A DNA stretch of 64,000 nucleotides from Monocercomonoides exilis PA203 (lineage: Eukaryota > Protista > Preaxostyla): NCBI GenBank assembly GCA_001643675.2, contig LSRY02000063.1, forward strand, positions 124,001 through 188,000, written 5' to 3'. The notes below the pieces were generated by a model. That model saw nothing but the letters and a program-made list of their open reading frames with translations, was not told where the DNA came from and did no database searches. Below are positions 49,385 to 62,393 of the stretch, one piece after another. The position numbers and the translations under genes were made by a program. The stretch's first letter is position 1. Every line of letters starts with the position of its first letter.

Positions 49385-52300
49385 ATGTCCGATAAAGGTA
49401 GATATATCACTTGCTTTGTTTTGCGAATGAAGAATTGTTCTTGTTTAATAAATTGAACATATATTTTTTCTATCTGTTTATATTCATGATGCATAAAACA
49501 GAAACACCTTTAAAAGCAAATGTACAATCATCAACTTCAACTACGGCAATTTCTGAACCCAGAAGACGGCGTCCTCCTCGTTTTGTTCCTGGAGGAGAAA
49601 GATTTGCTTCACCAAAGCAACTTCCTCCTGATAAACCTATTCCATTGTATACCTTGAAAAGAGTACCAATTAAAGTGCCAAACGCATCTAAGGCAAATGA
49701 ATCCTCAAAAGTTCAGAAAAGTGTATCTGTAACTTCTTCGGTTGCGTCAAATCCAAAATTTTCTTCTAAGCTGCCGGATCAATCTACAGCAAGCAATGTT
49801 AATAATGGATTAGCAACAAACTTTGAAGCACTCCCAATTACAGCAAATATACAGCCAGTGGTGAGACTTTCAAATAGTTTCAGTAATTCTTCAATTTCTG
49901 GAGGCTGTTCAAGCATAGCTAGCGCTGAGCATTCTATCAATGAAAAAGAAGAGGAAAATTTTTCATTTAACAAAGATTCTGAAAATTCATCGAAAGCAAT
50001 TGGGCATATTTGCTCAACAACCACTTCTACACACGAAATCGTAGAATCAAAGTCAAAAAATGTAGCTATCTGTGAAGAAAAGCCTGGAGAATACAACGAG
50101 CATGTTTCATCCATTCGCGCATCCACTTCTTCAAAGACTTCGTTTGATGATTCAGTTATTTCATCCAATTTATCTGAAATGCCTGTTCCAGCTCGAAATT
50201 CAGCAGAGCTTACAAATCCTGGAACGAATGCAAGAGCAGAGAAGAACACGACAAATGCATCCATTTCTTCAACTTCTGCAACTGCTGCTCGTTCTCTAAG
50301 TGAAGAAACCGATCAGTCAGCGAAATATCCAATGAGTTCTGAAAAGGAAGAGTTCATAAAAAATACAATAGCTGCACAAAGCACAGCCGAACAAATAACA
50401 AAAGACAATTCTCAAAGACTCTCTTTTTCTTCTTCTTCTTCTTCTTCTCATTCTTTTTCTGAAATTAAGTCTCCAACCAACTCAGCGAAGCAACTTCTTG
50501 TTCGAAATGCAAACGATGTTAAATCTCCATCACAACATTCAACAACCACATCAACCACAAAATCACCTCATATTTCTTCCTCCTCTTCTTCCTCCTCTTC
50601 TATTTCACCACTTCATTCAACAACAACAACAACATGTTCTTCTTCTTCTTTTTCTTCTTCCACTACAGCATTATCATCATCCTCCTCCTCCTCCTCTCCT
50701 TCTCCCCTTCCTCCTCCTCTCACCCTCACCCTCAACCCCGTCATCTCCTCCAGCCGCACCGTCCTCTCCCTCCTCTCCTCTGCCCAGCAGTCTCTCCACT
50801 CAAAACGTGCTGAGCTGTCTGCAAAAGAGCGAGCGCTGTATGCAAAGATAGCCACACAGGGCGATGCAGCGCTGTCAGATGGGCGGATGAGGGTGCTTCA
50901 GTTAGAGCAGCAGCAGAAAGAGGCAGCGAATGTGGAAGATTTCGAGCGTGCGGAGCAGCTGAGCACAGAAATAGCAGCCGTAAGGGAGAAAGAAGAGGCG
51001 CTGCGGGAGGAAAAAGGGAGTTTGGCGCATCAGCTGCAGAATGTGTTTCTTCTGCATGCGACGCTGTGCGCAGAAGAGCAGGAGGAAAGAGACAACGCAC
51101 AGGTGGCATTGGAAGAGGTGAGCAGCGAGAGGGAGAAGGGAATCAGCAGCCGGGTGAAAGAGGTGCTGGCGCAGTGTGCAGCGGAGGAAGGGCATTGGCA
51201 AAGGGAACATGCAACTGCGGCGAGGAAGCAGGCGGAGGCAGCGGTGAAGCTGGCAGAAGTAGACGAAGAGGTGGCAGAGGTGAGGAAGGTGATCGATGCA
51301 GACGCAGGCCATGTGGAAGAGGAGAAGGCAGTGCTGGTGGAGCAGAAGAAAGGGATACAAGGAGAGATCGAGGCGCATCTGAGGGCGATTCAGCAGCTGA
51401 AGGGGAGGCTGCAGTGCGTTGAAGAGGCAGAAGAGCAGATTGACAGGAGGTTGGCGGCGTCTGAGGCGAAGCATGCATTCGAGCTGGAGGCAGCGAAAAA
51501 GACGCAGAAAGAGGCGCAGCAGCAGATGCGGCTGTGCACCACGATGCTCCGGAGGGCAGACAGCGGGATGGCACATTTGAACGCGGAAAGAGGAGAAGCA
51601 CGGGCAAAGGGGGTGTTTGAAAGAGGGGTGTTGAATGTGCTCGAAGTGGAGGCGTATGTGGCAGCAGCAGAGAGGGCGAGGGTGGCGGCAGAGGAAAGAG
51701 AAACACAGCATCTCTTCCGCATGTGGATGGAGGCAGCAGCCGAGGAGGAGAGGGAAGAGGACGTGCTGGCAGAGAGAGGGGAAGGGGTTAAGAGGAGGCA
51801 GAGGGAGAGGGAAGAGCTGGTGGTGGAGCAAGTGGCGTGCAGAGCGCAGGCGGAGCAGCTGCAGCACACGGCGAGGGAGATGGAAGAGGTTCATCTGGTT
51901 CGGCTGGAGGCAGAGAAGAAGGTGGCTGTGAGTGCACACAACTTCAGAGGGGCGAAGGCTGTGAGCGAGTCGATGCGGAAGATGCAGGAGGAGAAGGAGG
52001 AGAAGGAGCAGCAGGCGGAGCTGCTGAGAGAGAGGGGGAGGCAGCTGGATGAAGAGATTGTGGCGCTTTCTGTGGAGATAGAGAGGATGGGGAAAGAACT
52101 GAAAGGGCCGCAGAGGGAGAGGGTGAAGGCGACGGTGAGAAAGACAGAGGCGCAGGCGGGGCTGTTGAGGAGGAGGAGGAGGAATGCGAGGAAGAGGCAG
52201 AGGAGAGGAGAAGGGCACTTGAGGCTGCTGAAGGAGGCAGGGAGAGTGCTGGGGGAGCTGCAGAGGGAGAAGAGGAGGAGGGAAGTGGAGAGGAAGAGGG

Positions 52301-53772
52301 AGGAGGAGAGGTTGGAGGGGAAGAAGAAGGGGGGAGAGAGAGAAAGAGAAGGAGAAGGAGAAAAAGAAAGAGAAGGAGAAAGAGGAGGAGGAGAAGAAGA
52401 GAAGGAAATGAACAAAGCAGCTGATTTGTCAGTTGGATACAGCGAGGATGATGTGTTTGTGATGTCAGAGGAGTTTGAAGGGTATGTGAAGAAGGTGGAA
52501 GAGAACGTGGAGTATTTCAGAGAAGAAAGAGAAGAAATAACAAGAAGGCTGAAGATGATTGAGGAGATCTATGTGCAGGAGAAGAGGCAGCTGAGGGCGC
52601 TGTGTGAAGGAGAAGAAGGAGAAGAAGGAGAAGGAAATGGAGAAGGAAGAGGAAGAGAAAGAGGAGAGGGAGAAAAGGAAGAGGAAGAAGAAGATGATGA
52701 TAAGGAAGAAGAAGAAGAAGGGAATGGAAAGAAGAAAGGAAATGAAGAAGTTGATAATTCAATATCTTCCTCCTCCTCTTCTTCTTCTTCATTAGCAGAT
52801 GACAATGTGATTGAAGAGCTGTTCTGTGTGGAAGAGACAGAAGATTCCTCTTCAGACGAGTCAGACGAATGGAAAGAGGACAATTCTTGTTTATTCTCTT
52901 CTCCTCTAAATGTTATGCATCATTCTTCTTCTTCCTCTTCCTCTCTTTCTTCCTTTTCCTCTTCTTCTTCTTCTTCTTCTTCTTCTTCTTCTTCTTCTTC
53001 TTCTTCTTCTTCTTCTTCTTCTTCTTCTTCTTCTTCTTCTTCTTCTTCTTCTTCTTCTTCTTTTCCTTCCTCTTCTTCTTCTCCTTCTCCTTCTTCTCCT
53101 CATCCACCTTCTTCCCATTCTCCCTCTCCTCTCCCATCTCTTTCTCCTCCTCTCCCAACAACCCCTTCTTCTCCTTCTTGTTGTTCTGTCTCTTCTCAAC
53201 ACACCACTTCTTCGATTGGCTCTTCTTCTTCTTCTTCCTCCTCTTCTTCCTCTTCCTCTTCCTCTTCTTCTCCTTCTTCTCCTTCCCCCTCTTTCCCTTC
53301 CTTTCCCTCTTCTTCTCTTCCTTCTCTCGCTGAAGACGATCCTTCTCTTCCAATTCCCTTCAAAAGACTCCGTTTTCACTTCTTTTCTGACCTTCACTCA
53401 TTTTTTGACTCAAAAGAGAACAAAACACACAAAAGAAAGAAATCTGCTATTCTTTCTTCTTCTTCTTCTCCTTCATTCTCTTTACGTCCTTCTTCTCCTT
53501 CTTCTTCTACCACTTCAAATAATTTCACGTCTTCTTCTTCTTCTTCTTCTTCTTCTTCTTCCCATGCTGCTGGTTGCTTTGCCGGCATAACTTTAACTTC
53601 TTCTTCTTCTTCTCTTTCTCATTCTTCTTCTTCTTCTTCTTCTTCTTCCCCTCTTTCTTCTTCTCATTCATCATCATCTTCTTCTTCTTCTTCTTCTCTT
53701 CTTTCCTCCTCCTCTTTGCCTTCTCCTCAGCACAACACCCTCAGCTCTTCTGTTTCTGATCTGCCTGTTTGA
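49385..53772 (+). CDS. UVR (UvrB/UvrC)-motif long coiled-coil protein with Ser-rich termini
   Basis: 1,453-aa ORF with a probable 13-nt first exon (49385-49397) and a phase-1 intron (49398-49501). UVR-like motifs LEQQQKEAANVEDFERAEQLSTEI and LEAEKKVAVSAHNFRGAKAVSE. Confidence 0.75.
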
Positions 53773-55219
53773 AAGCTTCTTTCTGGCTCTTCTGAAAGAA
53801 AAACGTAAAGTTTCTATCAGAGAAAACAGAGAAAACAGAGAAAATAGAGAAAACAGAAAGAAATTAAAAGAAATGAATGAAATGAGAAGAATTATTTTGG
53901 AAGCGTAGAGAATGGAATTAGAGAAGGAAATTGATGGAAATAATTCGAGAAAAGTTGATAATGATATGCTTCAATGAAACGTTAACATTATTTGATTATT
54001 TATTTGTTTGTTTTTATGAATTCTGTAATTGTTAGATATTCATTGTTGATTTATGTTTTTGTTGGCAAAACCATAACACTTATTAATCAAGTTTGAGTTT
54101 TTGTTAAGAAATACTGAGAGAAAGGAATCTGTCGTTCACATCGTTTATTTATGCGTGTTATTTCCTCTTGTAAAATGCTATCATTTCACTGAAAAAAACA
54201 TTTTGTTATTTGCTTTCAAAAAATAAAAGTAGAATCATCAAATCAATTATTAATTTCAAAAAAATTTTTTTTGACTTTTTCTATTAAAGGCGAACAACAA
54301 AAACAAACCTCTTGTTGTTTAATATTTTCAGTTGAGAATTAATATCGAAGGACTGTTTATTATTTTTCGAATAACTTTCGATCAATACCTTTCTTTATGC
54401 TATTTTGAACGAATATAAATCCAAAGAATGAAAAACGAAAAATTACTTATTTCTACATCCACTTGTTAATAGAGTCCGTTTTTCAAATATTAACATCATG
54501 CGTTTCTAAAAGGGAACGGTGCTGGATGGTTGAAAAACTGCTCAACAAGTGATAAATTAAAAAATCCGTGATTGATCGTCAAGCTCTTCAAAATAAATGA
54601 AGAGAGTGATAAGAATTACGGAGACAAAAAAGAATAAATAGAATATAAGTGTTTTGTCAGAAATGTGAGTTGATATTTCATTTAAAGAACAAAAATTAGA
54701 AAAAATTAAAAAAAATTATAAATGTTGGTTATAGAAAATCACTATTAAAACTCTATTAATAAAAAAAAATATATTTTAAAGAAGTCTGACTGAATTAAAA
54801 GAATAAAAGAAAACCATATGTCAAACGAGGATTTCTAACTGACAAATATTCTAAACAGAAAGTTCCTGTTCTCGAGATAAGTTGATGTTATACAATGACA
54901 GTGAAATAGAGGCCTCGAAATACATTTAAATTTCATCTAAAGAGAGCAACAACAAAAAAATAATTAGATTATAACATGTAGAAAATCAAAAAAAAAATTA
55001 AAAGCAAACCAAAACGAAACATGATATGAAGTTGAAAAAATAATAGCTCGAAAAGCAATAAGAACAGCACAATAACAGAAAAAATCAAAACGTTTTAAAG
55101 AAAAAAATATAATATAAAAAATGAAGGAAGAACAACAAAGAAGAGACGTTGAGGGATGAAAAGTGGGGAGAATGAAGAAAAGATGTTTGAATTAGTGATT
55201 TATCTCATTTTACTCGCAT

Positions 55220-56727
55220 TTACGGTTCAAATTCGCCTGTGTCTTTCTGCACAAAGCCTGGGCGTCTGTCTTCGATGCTGAACAGTATTTGATGGTCCGG
55301 ATATTTCTTCATTTCTGCTTTGAAGTCGTTCCATTCTTTTTCATTTTGGAAAAGAAATCCAAAGCAGACAGATGGATCTAGCTTCAAAATCTTCATTTTC
55401 TGGTGAAGCCCTCCTCCGTGGTATGTCTTGGAGGTGGGGAAGGGGGGAACATACGAGGAATCAATGAAAGATGAAGGGATGAAGGGAAAATGATAAAATT
55501 CAGAAAAAAAAAATACATTATTACTTAAAAAATATTTATATTCCTGAAACAAACTGCTGTTGAGAACGGTACAGACAAATCGGGGTCAGACACAGCTTGT
55601 TGTGTTTGATGTGGATTCAGATAGTACACATAGTCCTCTCTTGTGGCATAGAAATAGTACGACGAGTTTGGTTTCCCGCCAATAAACCCCACAGACCATG
55701 GGAGAGAGAGCATATGCGCCACAGGCCGCACACAGTTCGGTGCTGGTTTGTTTGTGCCAAGCATCGACGTCACGAGAAGAAGCGTTGGATAAAAGATAGA
55801 CTCGGGCTCGCTGCTGCTAGAGTTTTCTGAGGACGAGGATGAGGACGAGGATGAAGGAGTTGAAGATGATGATGGTCGATCTGAAGAAGCATCTTCAGAC
55901 TCGTTGGTTTTCTGAGAATTTGCATCGCCTTCTGAGGTTGCATCTTTTGATTCTTCCTTCGAAGCTGATGTTGATAATGAAGTGGGAGATCCACGGGTTC
56001 CTGGAGACTGTGTCTGTGATGGTGGTGATGACGAAGCTGCTGCTATCATGCGGAAAAATGAATCAATCATTGGCTCTGGTTGCCCATCGGGTGGAGTATA
56101 GGAAGGAAGTGGAGTTGGAGTAAAGAATGGAAATCTAATGTCCTGATAAACCTGACTATTCGATGATGATGACGAAGGCCTTCGCTTCGCAATATGTTCC
56201 ACAGAGCGTGTGTATATTGACTGATTTGTCATGGCAACAATACGAAGCGGAACTTGTTCATGGTTCCAAGCTCTCATTAAATCTCGAAGAACATAAGTTG
56301 CATTTCCGGGCCCAAACCATGAGCCAATACGTTTGTCGTACTTTTGCCCTCGTGTTGAGATACGTTGTAAAGAAAATGGACGATCAGGAATATCCAGGAA
56401 AAGTCTGAGAAGCCATAATGCTCTTGGACTTTCTTCTTTATGCCCTTTCGGTACACGATATCCCCTTCCCAGGTACAATCTTGAAAGTGCTTCACCAAGA
56501 AGCATTTGGCTTGTTCTTAACATACATCCCCAACCTTTGTCAGAAGTCTTTCCAGAATTATGAATTTGAGGAAAATTTTTTCTGTATGTAAATAAAAATC
56601 TTGAGTATTCATCCTCACGAAATTTTAGGTATGAATCAGGAGAGTCATCTTCCTTTTTTGTGTATCTCATTCCCATCATGTAGATGAGACCTTTGGCACC
56701 TATTTCATGTTGTGTCCAAACACACAA
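55220..56727 (-). CDS. ATG4: ATG4 cysteine protease (peptidase C54); intron 55427-55554; true start uncertain (possibly 56793)
   Basis: Motifs FTYRKNF, TSDKGWGCMLRTSQMLL, WFGP, SVGFIGGKPNSSYYF, YLNPH, TYH and LDPSVCFGF. Confidence 0.93.
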
Positions 56728-56907
56728 ATTTCAATAATTTTTAAGCAATTCATTTGAAAAAGAAAATATCAAACCATCGGCACGTACTTCCATAAAGCAA
56801 CAGATCTGATAATTTTTTAATGACTTATTATGGTGAAATGATCATAATTGTAACCTTTATAAAATAATAATTAAATTCCTTATTTTTTGAAGAAAAGTTG
56901 CAAAATC

Positions 56908-57830
56908 ATGTTGTTGCTTTTTTCAATTTTATTAGCAATGGCCAATTCAAAAGTTATAAATATTCATGTCAAAGTGGGGAAAACCCTTGAAAATGTTTGC
57001 ACAATTCGTTTTTTGATAATAATTTCATGTTTTGAACTTTTAGATGGCAGATGAATATAACACAGGAATGAGGAATATTGACAAAACATTAAGAATTAAT
57101 TTTAAAACAAAGTATTCATTATATATTTGATATGATTTTCCATATTTTCATTTTAGTCATCAGCCTCATATAACACTTTATATGACAGATTTTAAAGATG
57201 ATAAGATTCCAGACATGATTCAAAAAATAAAGCAAACCGTTTCAACAATGAAAAAAGGGAAAATTTCACAAGCCAATGGATATAGAGAAGGTTTTGTTCC
57301 CTCGTTTTTAGGATCTTTTCTTGGAATGTTTTGCATATTTCAGGAACATATGTCATGTGGAATACATCGATTGAAAAATATATTAAACAATTGAGTAATA
57401 CGATTGTTGATTCTACTTACCAATTTGTGTGCAGTTGATATTTACTAATTATTTGTGATTTTTTTTTTTAGGCAAAGCCAAATCAACCAGTTCCTGGATG
57501 GATAAAAGATCTTCCTGATCCAGAACAACGAAGACGTAAAACTGAATATGTTCAAAAATATGGAAGTCCAAACGTTTATGAAGAATTTGAACCTCAGTAT
57601 GAAAAGCAATTGTTTAAATAAAATTCAACAATTCTTATTTATTTATATGTCTCCAATTTTATAGCATTTCACTTGGATGTGATACGGACAAAGAAGCATT
57701 GGAAAAGGGTTTTCAGGGAATCCATGTTCAAGAGGCAGAGTTTGAATCGTTTGCAATTGCACTCGGAACGGCTGGTGAATGTGGAACCGTTATGAGAGGA
57801 TTGGATATGGGATACTTCTATTTGAAGTAA
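56908..57830 (+). CDS. 2H-phosphoesterase superfamily protein with predicted signal peptide (6 exons)
   Basis: Manual splicing gives MLLLFSILLAMANS...NHQPHITLYMTDF...NQPVPGWIKDLP..KYGSPNVYEEFEPHISLG...GTVMRG, with two Hx(T/S) motifs. Confidence 0.78.
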
Positions 57831-58353
57831 TATTGTAGATTTAATGTAAAAGAGAAGAGTTTATTCCTAAAGATTTATTTGTTGTTATGACTTGTACAAT
57901 GAGTTTAAAAGTGTTTTTATTTTCGTTTTTTTGATATGTGACAATGCAGATTCTTTATTTATAAATATGCTTTTTTTTTTTAAAGATAGTTTATTCGAAA
58001 TTTAATACCATTTTCGAATAATCGTGATGTCAAATAACAAAGCATTTTCTCCTTTTTTCCAACAAAAAAATGTCTGGAAATCTTTAATGATGTGAAAATA
58101 ATTTCGAAGCCTTTTCTTCAAATCGGCTTGTGCAATCAAAATTCGTAAGTGAAAAAAAAAAAGAATGAATGAAAAAATAAAAAAGTTGTTCTTATCTCAT
58201 ATTGTATTTTTCAATATGATGATTTGTTATGCAAGGAAAATATGATAATAGATCAAAATCATTTATTAAAGAAATTTTTAGTGTTATACATCAAATAAAT
58301 TCAATTCACAAAAATGTTTTCCAAACAAATGAAACTTAAAAATCTCAAATATC

Positions 58354-58945
58354 TCAAAAAGATTGAAAGTAGGGAACATCATTACTACTTTCTTGCTTAG
58401 AATCCAGGAAAATATAGAGAAATAATGTTCCAATCATAACAAGATATCCAAGAAGATTTGGTACAAAATTACCCACAGAATGTTTCTGAATAAATTCGAT
58501 AGAAGCTTTAAAAAAGTTCTTGAAAATGAGTGCACACATGATTTTCTACAAAAAGGACAATCACATATCCAACTGTGCTGAAAAGAAGGCATGTTCCAAC
58601 ATACAAAAGCCAGTACACATGCAATCTTTATGAAAGCGAATATAAATATCTATTATGTTCATAAAAGAAGATTTGATCAAACCCTGAAGAATCTGGGTCA
58701 TATTTTGCTCCAAAGGCCACAAGCATAAAGATTCCAAAAAGCAGGAATATCATCCCGAACATCGGCCACCAATTATTCGAGACAGCACATCCCACAATAC
58801 ATCCGGCAATTCCACTAATAAGTGATGTTATATAGTTTCATTTTATGTTGTTTACAACGAAAATTTTGAACAAAAATAAATTTATGCATACCAAGAAGCA
58901 CAAAAAGCAAGTATTCCAATTTTTAGAGGTGTGAGCATCTTTCAT
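58354..58945 (-). CDS. VPS55: Vps55/LEPROT family small membrane protein, multi-exon
   Basis: IVGCAVSNNWWPMF matches the Vps55 CAL..NWWP motif. Four hydrophobic segments and short introns. Confidence 0.68.
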
Positions 58946-59205
58946 TGAAAGTAGTATTAAGTTATTCAAAATATTTAATTAAATTCTTTTATTTAATCAG
59001 AGATTTTGGAAGTCAAACCCAAATTATTTACTAAATATGTTTATGGGTGAAAATAAAACAAATGATGAATTGTGAAAAATGAAAAATAAAGAAGTAAAAA
59101 AATAAGATCAAGTGATAGTATCGCTCCTACTTTCTATGATCTTTCTTTTTTATCCTCTTTTAGAAAATTATTCAAACAAATTACTCATATCAGAAAAAGA
59201 TGATA

Positions 59206-60580
59206 CTAATGATCAGGTGCCAAATCTTCCTGTTCTTCGTCATCCTCTTTTTCAAATGTCTTTGATGCTTGTATGCTGCTCGATTTTTCTCCTTCGATTT
59301 TATCTTTTGTTGATTCGTTATCATTATTATCTTTGTTCTCTTCTTCTTTCTCTTCCTCCTCCTCTTCTTCTTCTTCTCCTTCTCCTTCTCCTTCTCCCTC
59401 CTCTTCTTCTTCTCTTTCTTTTTCTTTTTCTTTTTCTTTTTCTTTTTCATCATCTTCTGGCTGATAATCTTCGTTGTCTACCAAAGCAATAATCCCGAAA
59501 TTTGTCTGATCTTTCGATTTTTCAATCATTTTTTGTATCTCTTTTACAGATGAATTCAACAAACCATCTTTCGGGCACGCTCCAAGATCTTTAGCACACG
59601 TTACAAAAATAATTTTCAAAATAAAATTTCAAAGCAATTTTTTGTTTTTTTTGCAGTTGAAGCAACCATACCAACAGGTCCTGGCTTTAGTCCATCCAAT
59701 TGAATAAGCCTCCCGTTTTTTTCTATGAATGATATAAAATGCGTTGTTACAAATTCATCTTCGTTTGGAGGCGCTGTTTGCCCCTAAAAAGTTGATGGTT
59801 TGTGCAATTGTGTTTGAATGATGTTGGCATAATGATTAATTGTTTTTATTATGCAAGTTGTTGAAATTTTTATTCCAAAAGCAAAACAAAAAAATATTTC
59901 AAAAAAATATATAAATAAAACTAAAATCAACAAAAAGATGGGATGAATATACCTCTTTAGCTGCGTTTGAATGTGAATTTTCCAATTCTTTATCTTTCAT
60001 AACTTCCTTTCCCCTCTGGCCAGCAGGAACATTTTTCATTCGTTCAAAAAATCTAGTGAAAAAAGAATCTTCTCCTATCAAAGTTGTGATGTCATAAGTG
60101 TTATTTATTTGATGTAATTGTTTGAAATCTTCGCAAACTGAATTTTAAGCTCTCTTCTTTGCTGCCAAGAGCATTCAAAACCGCAATTGTCCCACATGCT
60201 ATTATATTTTTAAAATATGAAGGTAATTTTATCGCAAAGCATGATTGCGTCAGTCAACTTTGTAACATAGAGCGTCTAACCTTGTCCAATCTCTGGGTCT
60301 TGATCTACAAAAAGGATGGAGCTATCTTTTGAAAGTGTATCTGGATTGAAATTAACTCCATCCCATGGATATAGCAAAAAAATAGCATGAACAGGTTGAG
60401 GAACAAATGCAAGAAGCTATATATGAGATTTGTTGATGCGAAGAGAAAAATTGAGATAATATGAAAAACCTCATCTTCAAAGCCAAGCACATCAACACAA
60501 ATGTGCCTATGAGATAACCCAAGTGAGTGCATGTAGTCATTAAGTACATCAGGATTTGATTCAAGTGGGAGCCAGCTCAT
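59206..60580 (-). CDS. Ubiquitin C-terminal hydrolase (peptidase C12, UCH-L1/L3-like) with acidic C-terminal tail, multi-exon
   Basis: Motifs MSWLPLESNPDV, DVLGF, PQPVHAIFLLYP, Q..IGQACGTIAVLNAL, GQT, HFISF, QLDG and FGIIAL. Catalytic Cys/His/Asp appear intact after splicing. Confidence 0.92.
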
Positions 60581-61111
60581 TTCAATGAAATGGTATTCTT
60601 CCAAAAACTCAAAAAAGTTATGGTCAGTGAAGTGTTGCTTTTTCGTAAAAAATCATGTCAAGAATAATTGAATCGCTTCCAACGCAACAAAAAAATATAC
60701 CGAGCAATAGAATGAAATGAAATTCATTCAATCATGTTGTCTGAGCAGAAATTTTTCATTCAAATCCAATGAAAAAATATTCTAACAATTCCTTAAGTCT
60801 TGGAAATTTTTGAAATTGATAATTAAACTATTTTTTCCCGCATTTTAAATGAAAATAAAAAATCTGTCTGATGATTTCTTGAAAGTCTTCGTATGAGATT
60901 ATTCCAACAAAAAAATTTTTCCATTTTACTTCGCAATAAAAAATCACACAGTTTTCAAATTTTTCATTATCACTCATAAGTGATCATATTAGTTGTCGAA
61001 ACATGATTGCTTATGTCTAGTCTAATTTTTTGTGCTGTATGATTGAATATTTTAATTATGAATTCGAAAATAATTTTTAAGGATTTTTCCAAATTTTGTG
61101 ACTTTTTATTT

Positions 61112-61367
61112 GGGTGATTATTTTTGAAATCGAAACTTTTTTCGGGGTGTTGATTTTTCAAAGATTGTTTTCCTTTGAGAAGAAATTCAATATTCAAATG
61201 CCAATATTATCACAACTGTTTCAAAAACAAATGAATTATCTGAAGAAAAAATTAAGAGGTCTTGAATATGCCTGTTCACTTTTCAGTGTTCATTTGTTGA
61301 CATTCAAAAGAAAATTCTCTAAAGATATTTTTTGTTCCAAAAAATATGATTTCCAAAATAATCACCC
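61112..61367. mobile_element. 256-bp MITE (GGGTGATTATTTTTGAAATC family), diverged copy
   Basis: Same TIRs, same subterminal TTTTTCGGGGTGTTGATTTT and same length as 13016-13271; the interior has diverged. Confidence 0.85.
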
Positions 61368-61493
61368 AATTTGTAATACCAATGTTATTCACTTCAACAA
61401 CATTCAAAACAGTTATTGTTTATTCATTTCAGAATATAAATATTTTGTGTTTGTGATTGGAAAAAGAAGATAGTTTAAAACTGTCAATTGAAA

Positions 61494-61904
61494 TATAGTC
61501 AGTGTTTAATAATGGTGGACACTTTCAAAAACTGCGGACAGAGGCATTATCTCGCCAACAGTTGATAGTTGCTTTTTGACATTTAATCCAAGGATTCCCT
61601 CAATGAATATGAACTTATAAGATATACAGAAATGAAACAACTTGCTCTTAAAAATCAAGAAAATTGCATTTTCTATTTTCGGAAAAACTCGGAAAAATAA
61701 GATTCTTCGAGTTACTCCGAAAAGAAAAAATTGTTTTTATATAATTTCATTTTATTGGTTTTGTGATTAAAACTATTCATATTAGTTCATATTCATTGAG
61801 AGAATCATTGGATTAAATGTCAAAAAGCAACTATCAACTGTTGGCGAGAAAATGCCACTGTGCGCAGTTATTGAAACAAATCACAATTATTAACACTAAC
61901 TATA
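61494..61904. mobile_element. Palindromic MITE with ~130-bp imperfect arms
   Basis: TCTCGCCAACAGTTGATAGTTGCTTTTTGACATTTAATCCAA is inverted at ~61808-61849. Ends are TATAGTCAGTGTT and AACACTAACTATA. Confidence 0.8.
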
Positions 61905-62349
61905 ATTCTATTGCAATTTTTTGATTTTATGTGTCTCTCACCCCTATATAACCTCTCTTTCAAAATAAATAACAAACAAGTTACAACCCAGATCAAAACC
62001 ATGAGGAATAAGGCACATCTTTACGAAATATGGAGGAAAATACAGACTTTCAAGCTTTTTGTGCACTTAGCATTATAAAATCGATTCGCTCATAACATTA
62101 TAAAACTTCATCATATCTCAAAACAAGTTTGTTTTCATATCTGTCAAAAAACGACATTGAAATAATAGCAAAATGTTTTGTGACATTCCATGAATGTCAA
62201 AAAATGAACACATTTTAATTTTATTTTTTGAACCAAAAAGTTAATCAAAAGTGCATAATTTTTCAATGAAAATGCCAAAAATCAAATATATTGTCCCAAT
62301 CAATTTAAGAAAAACTAAAATATCGGTCATTCCATGAAAAATCACAAAT

Positions 62350-62350
<1 letters not shown>

Positions 62351-62392
<42 letters not shown>
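62351..62392 (-). repeat. T42 homopolymer followed by GGGTTAAAC
   Basis: Direct count. Confidence 0.9.
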
Positions 62393-62393
<1 letters not shown>

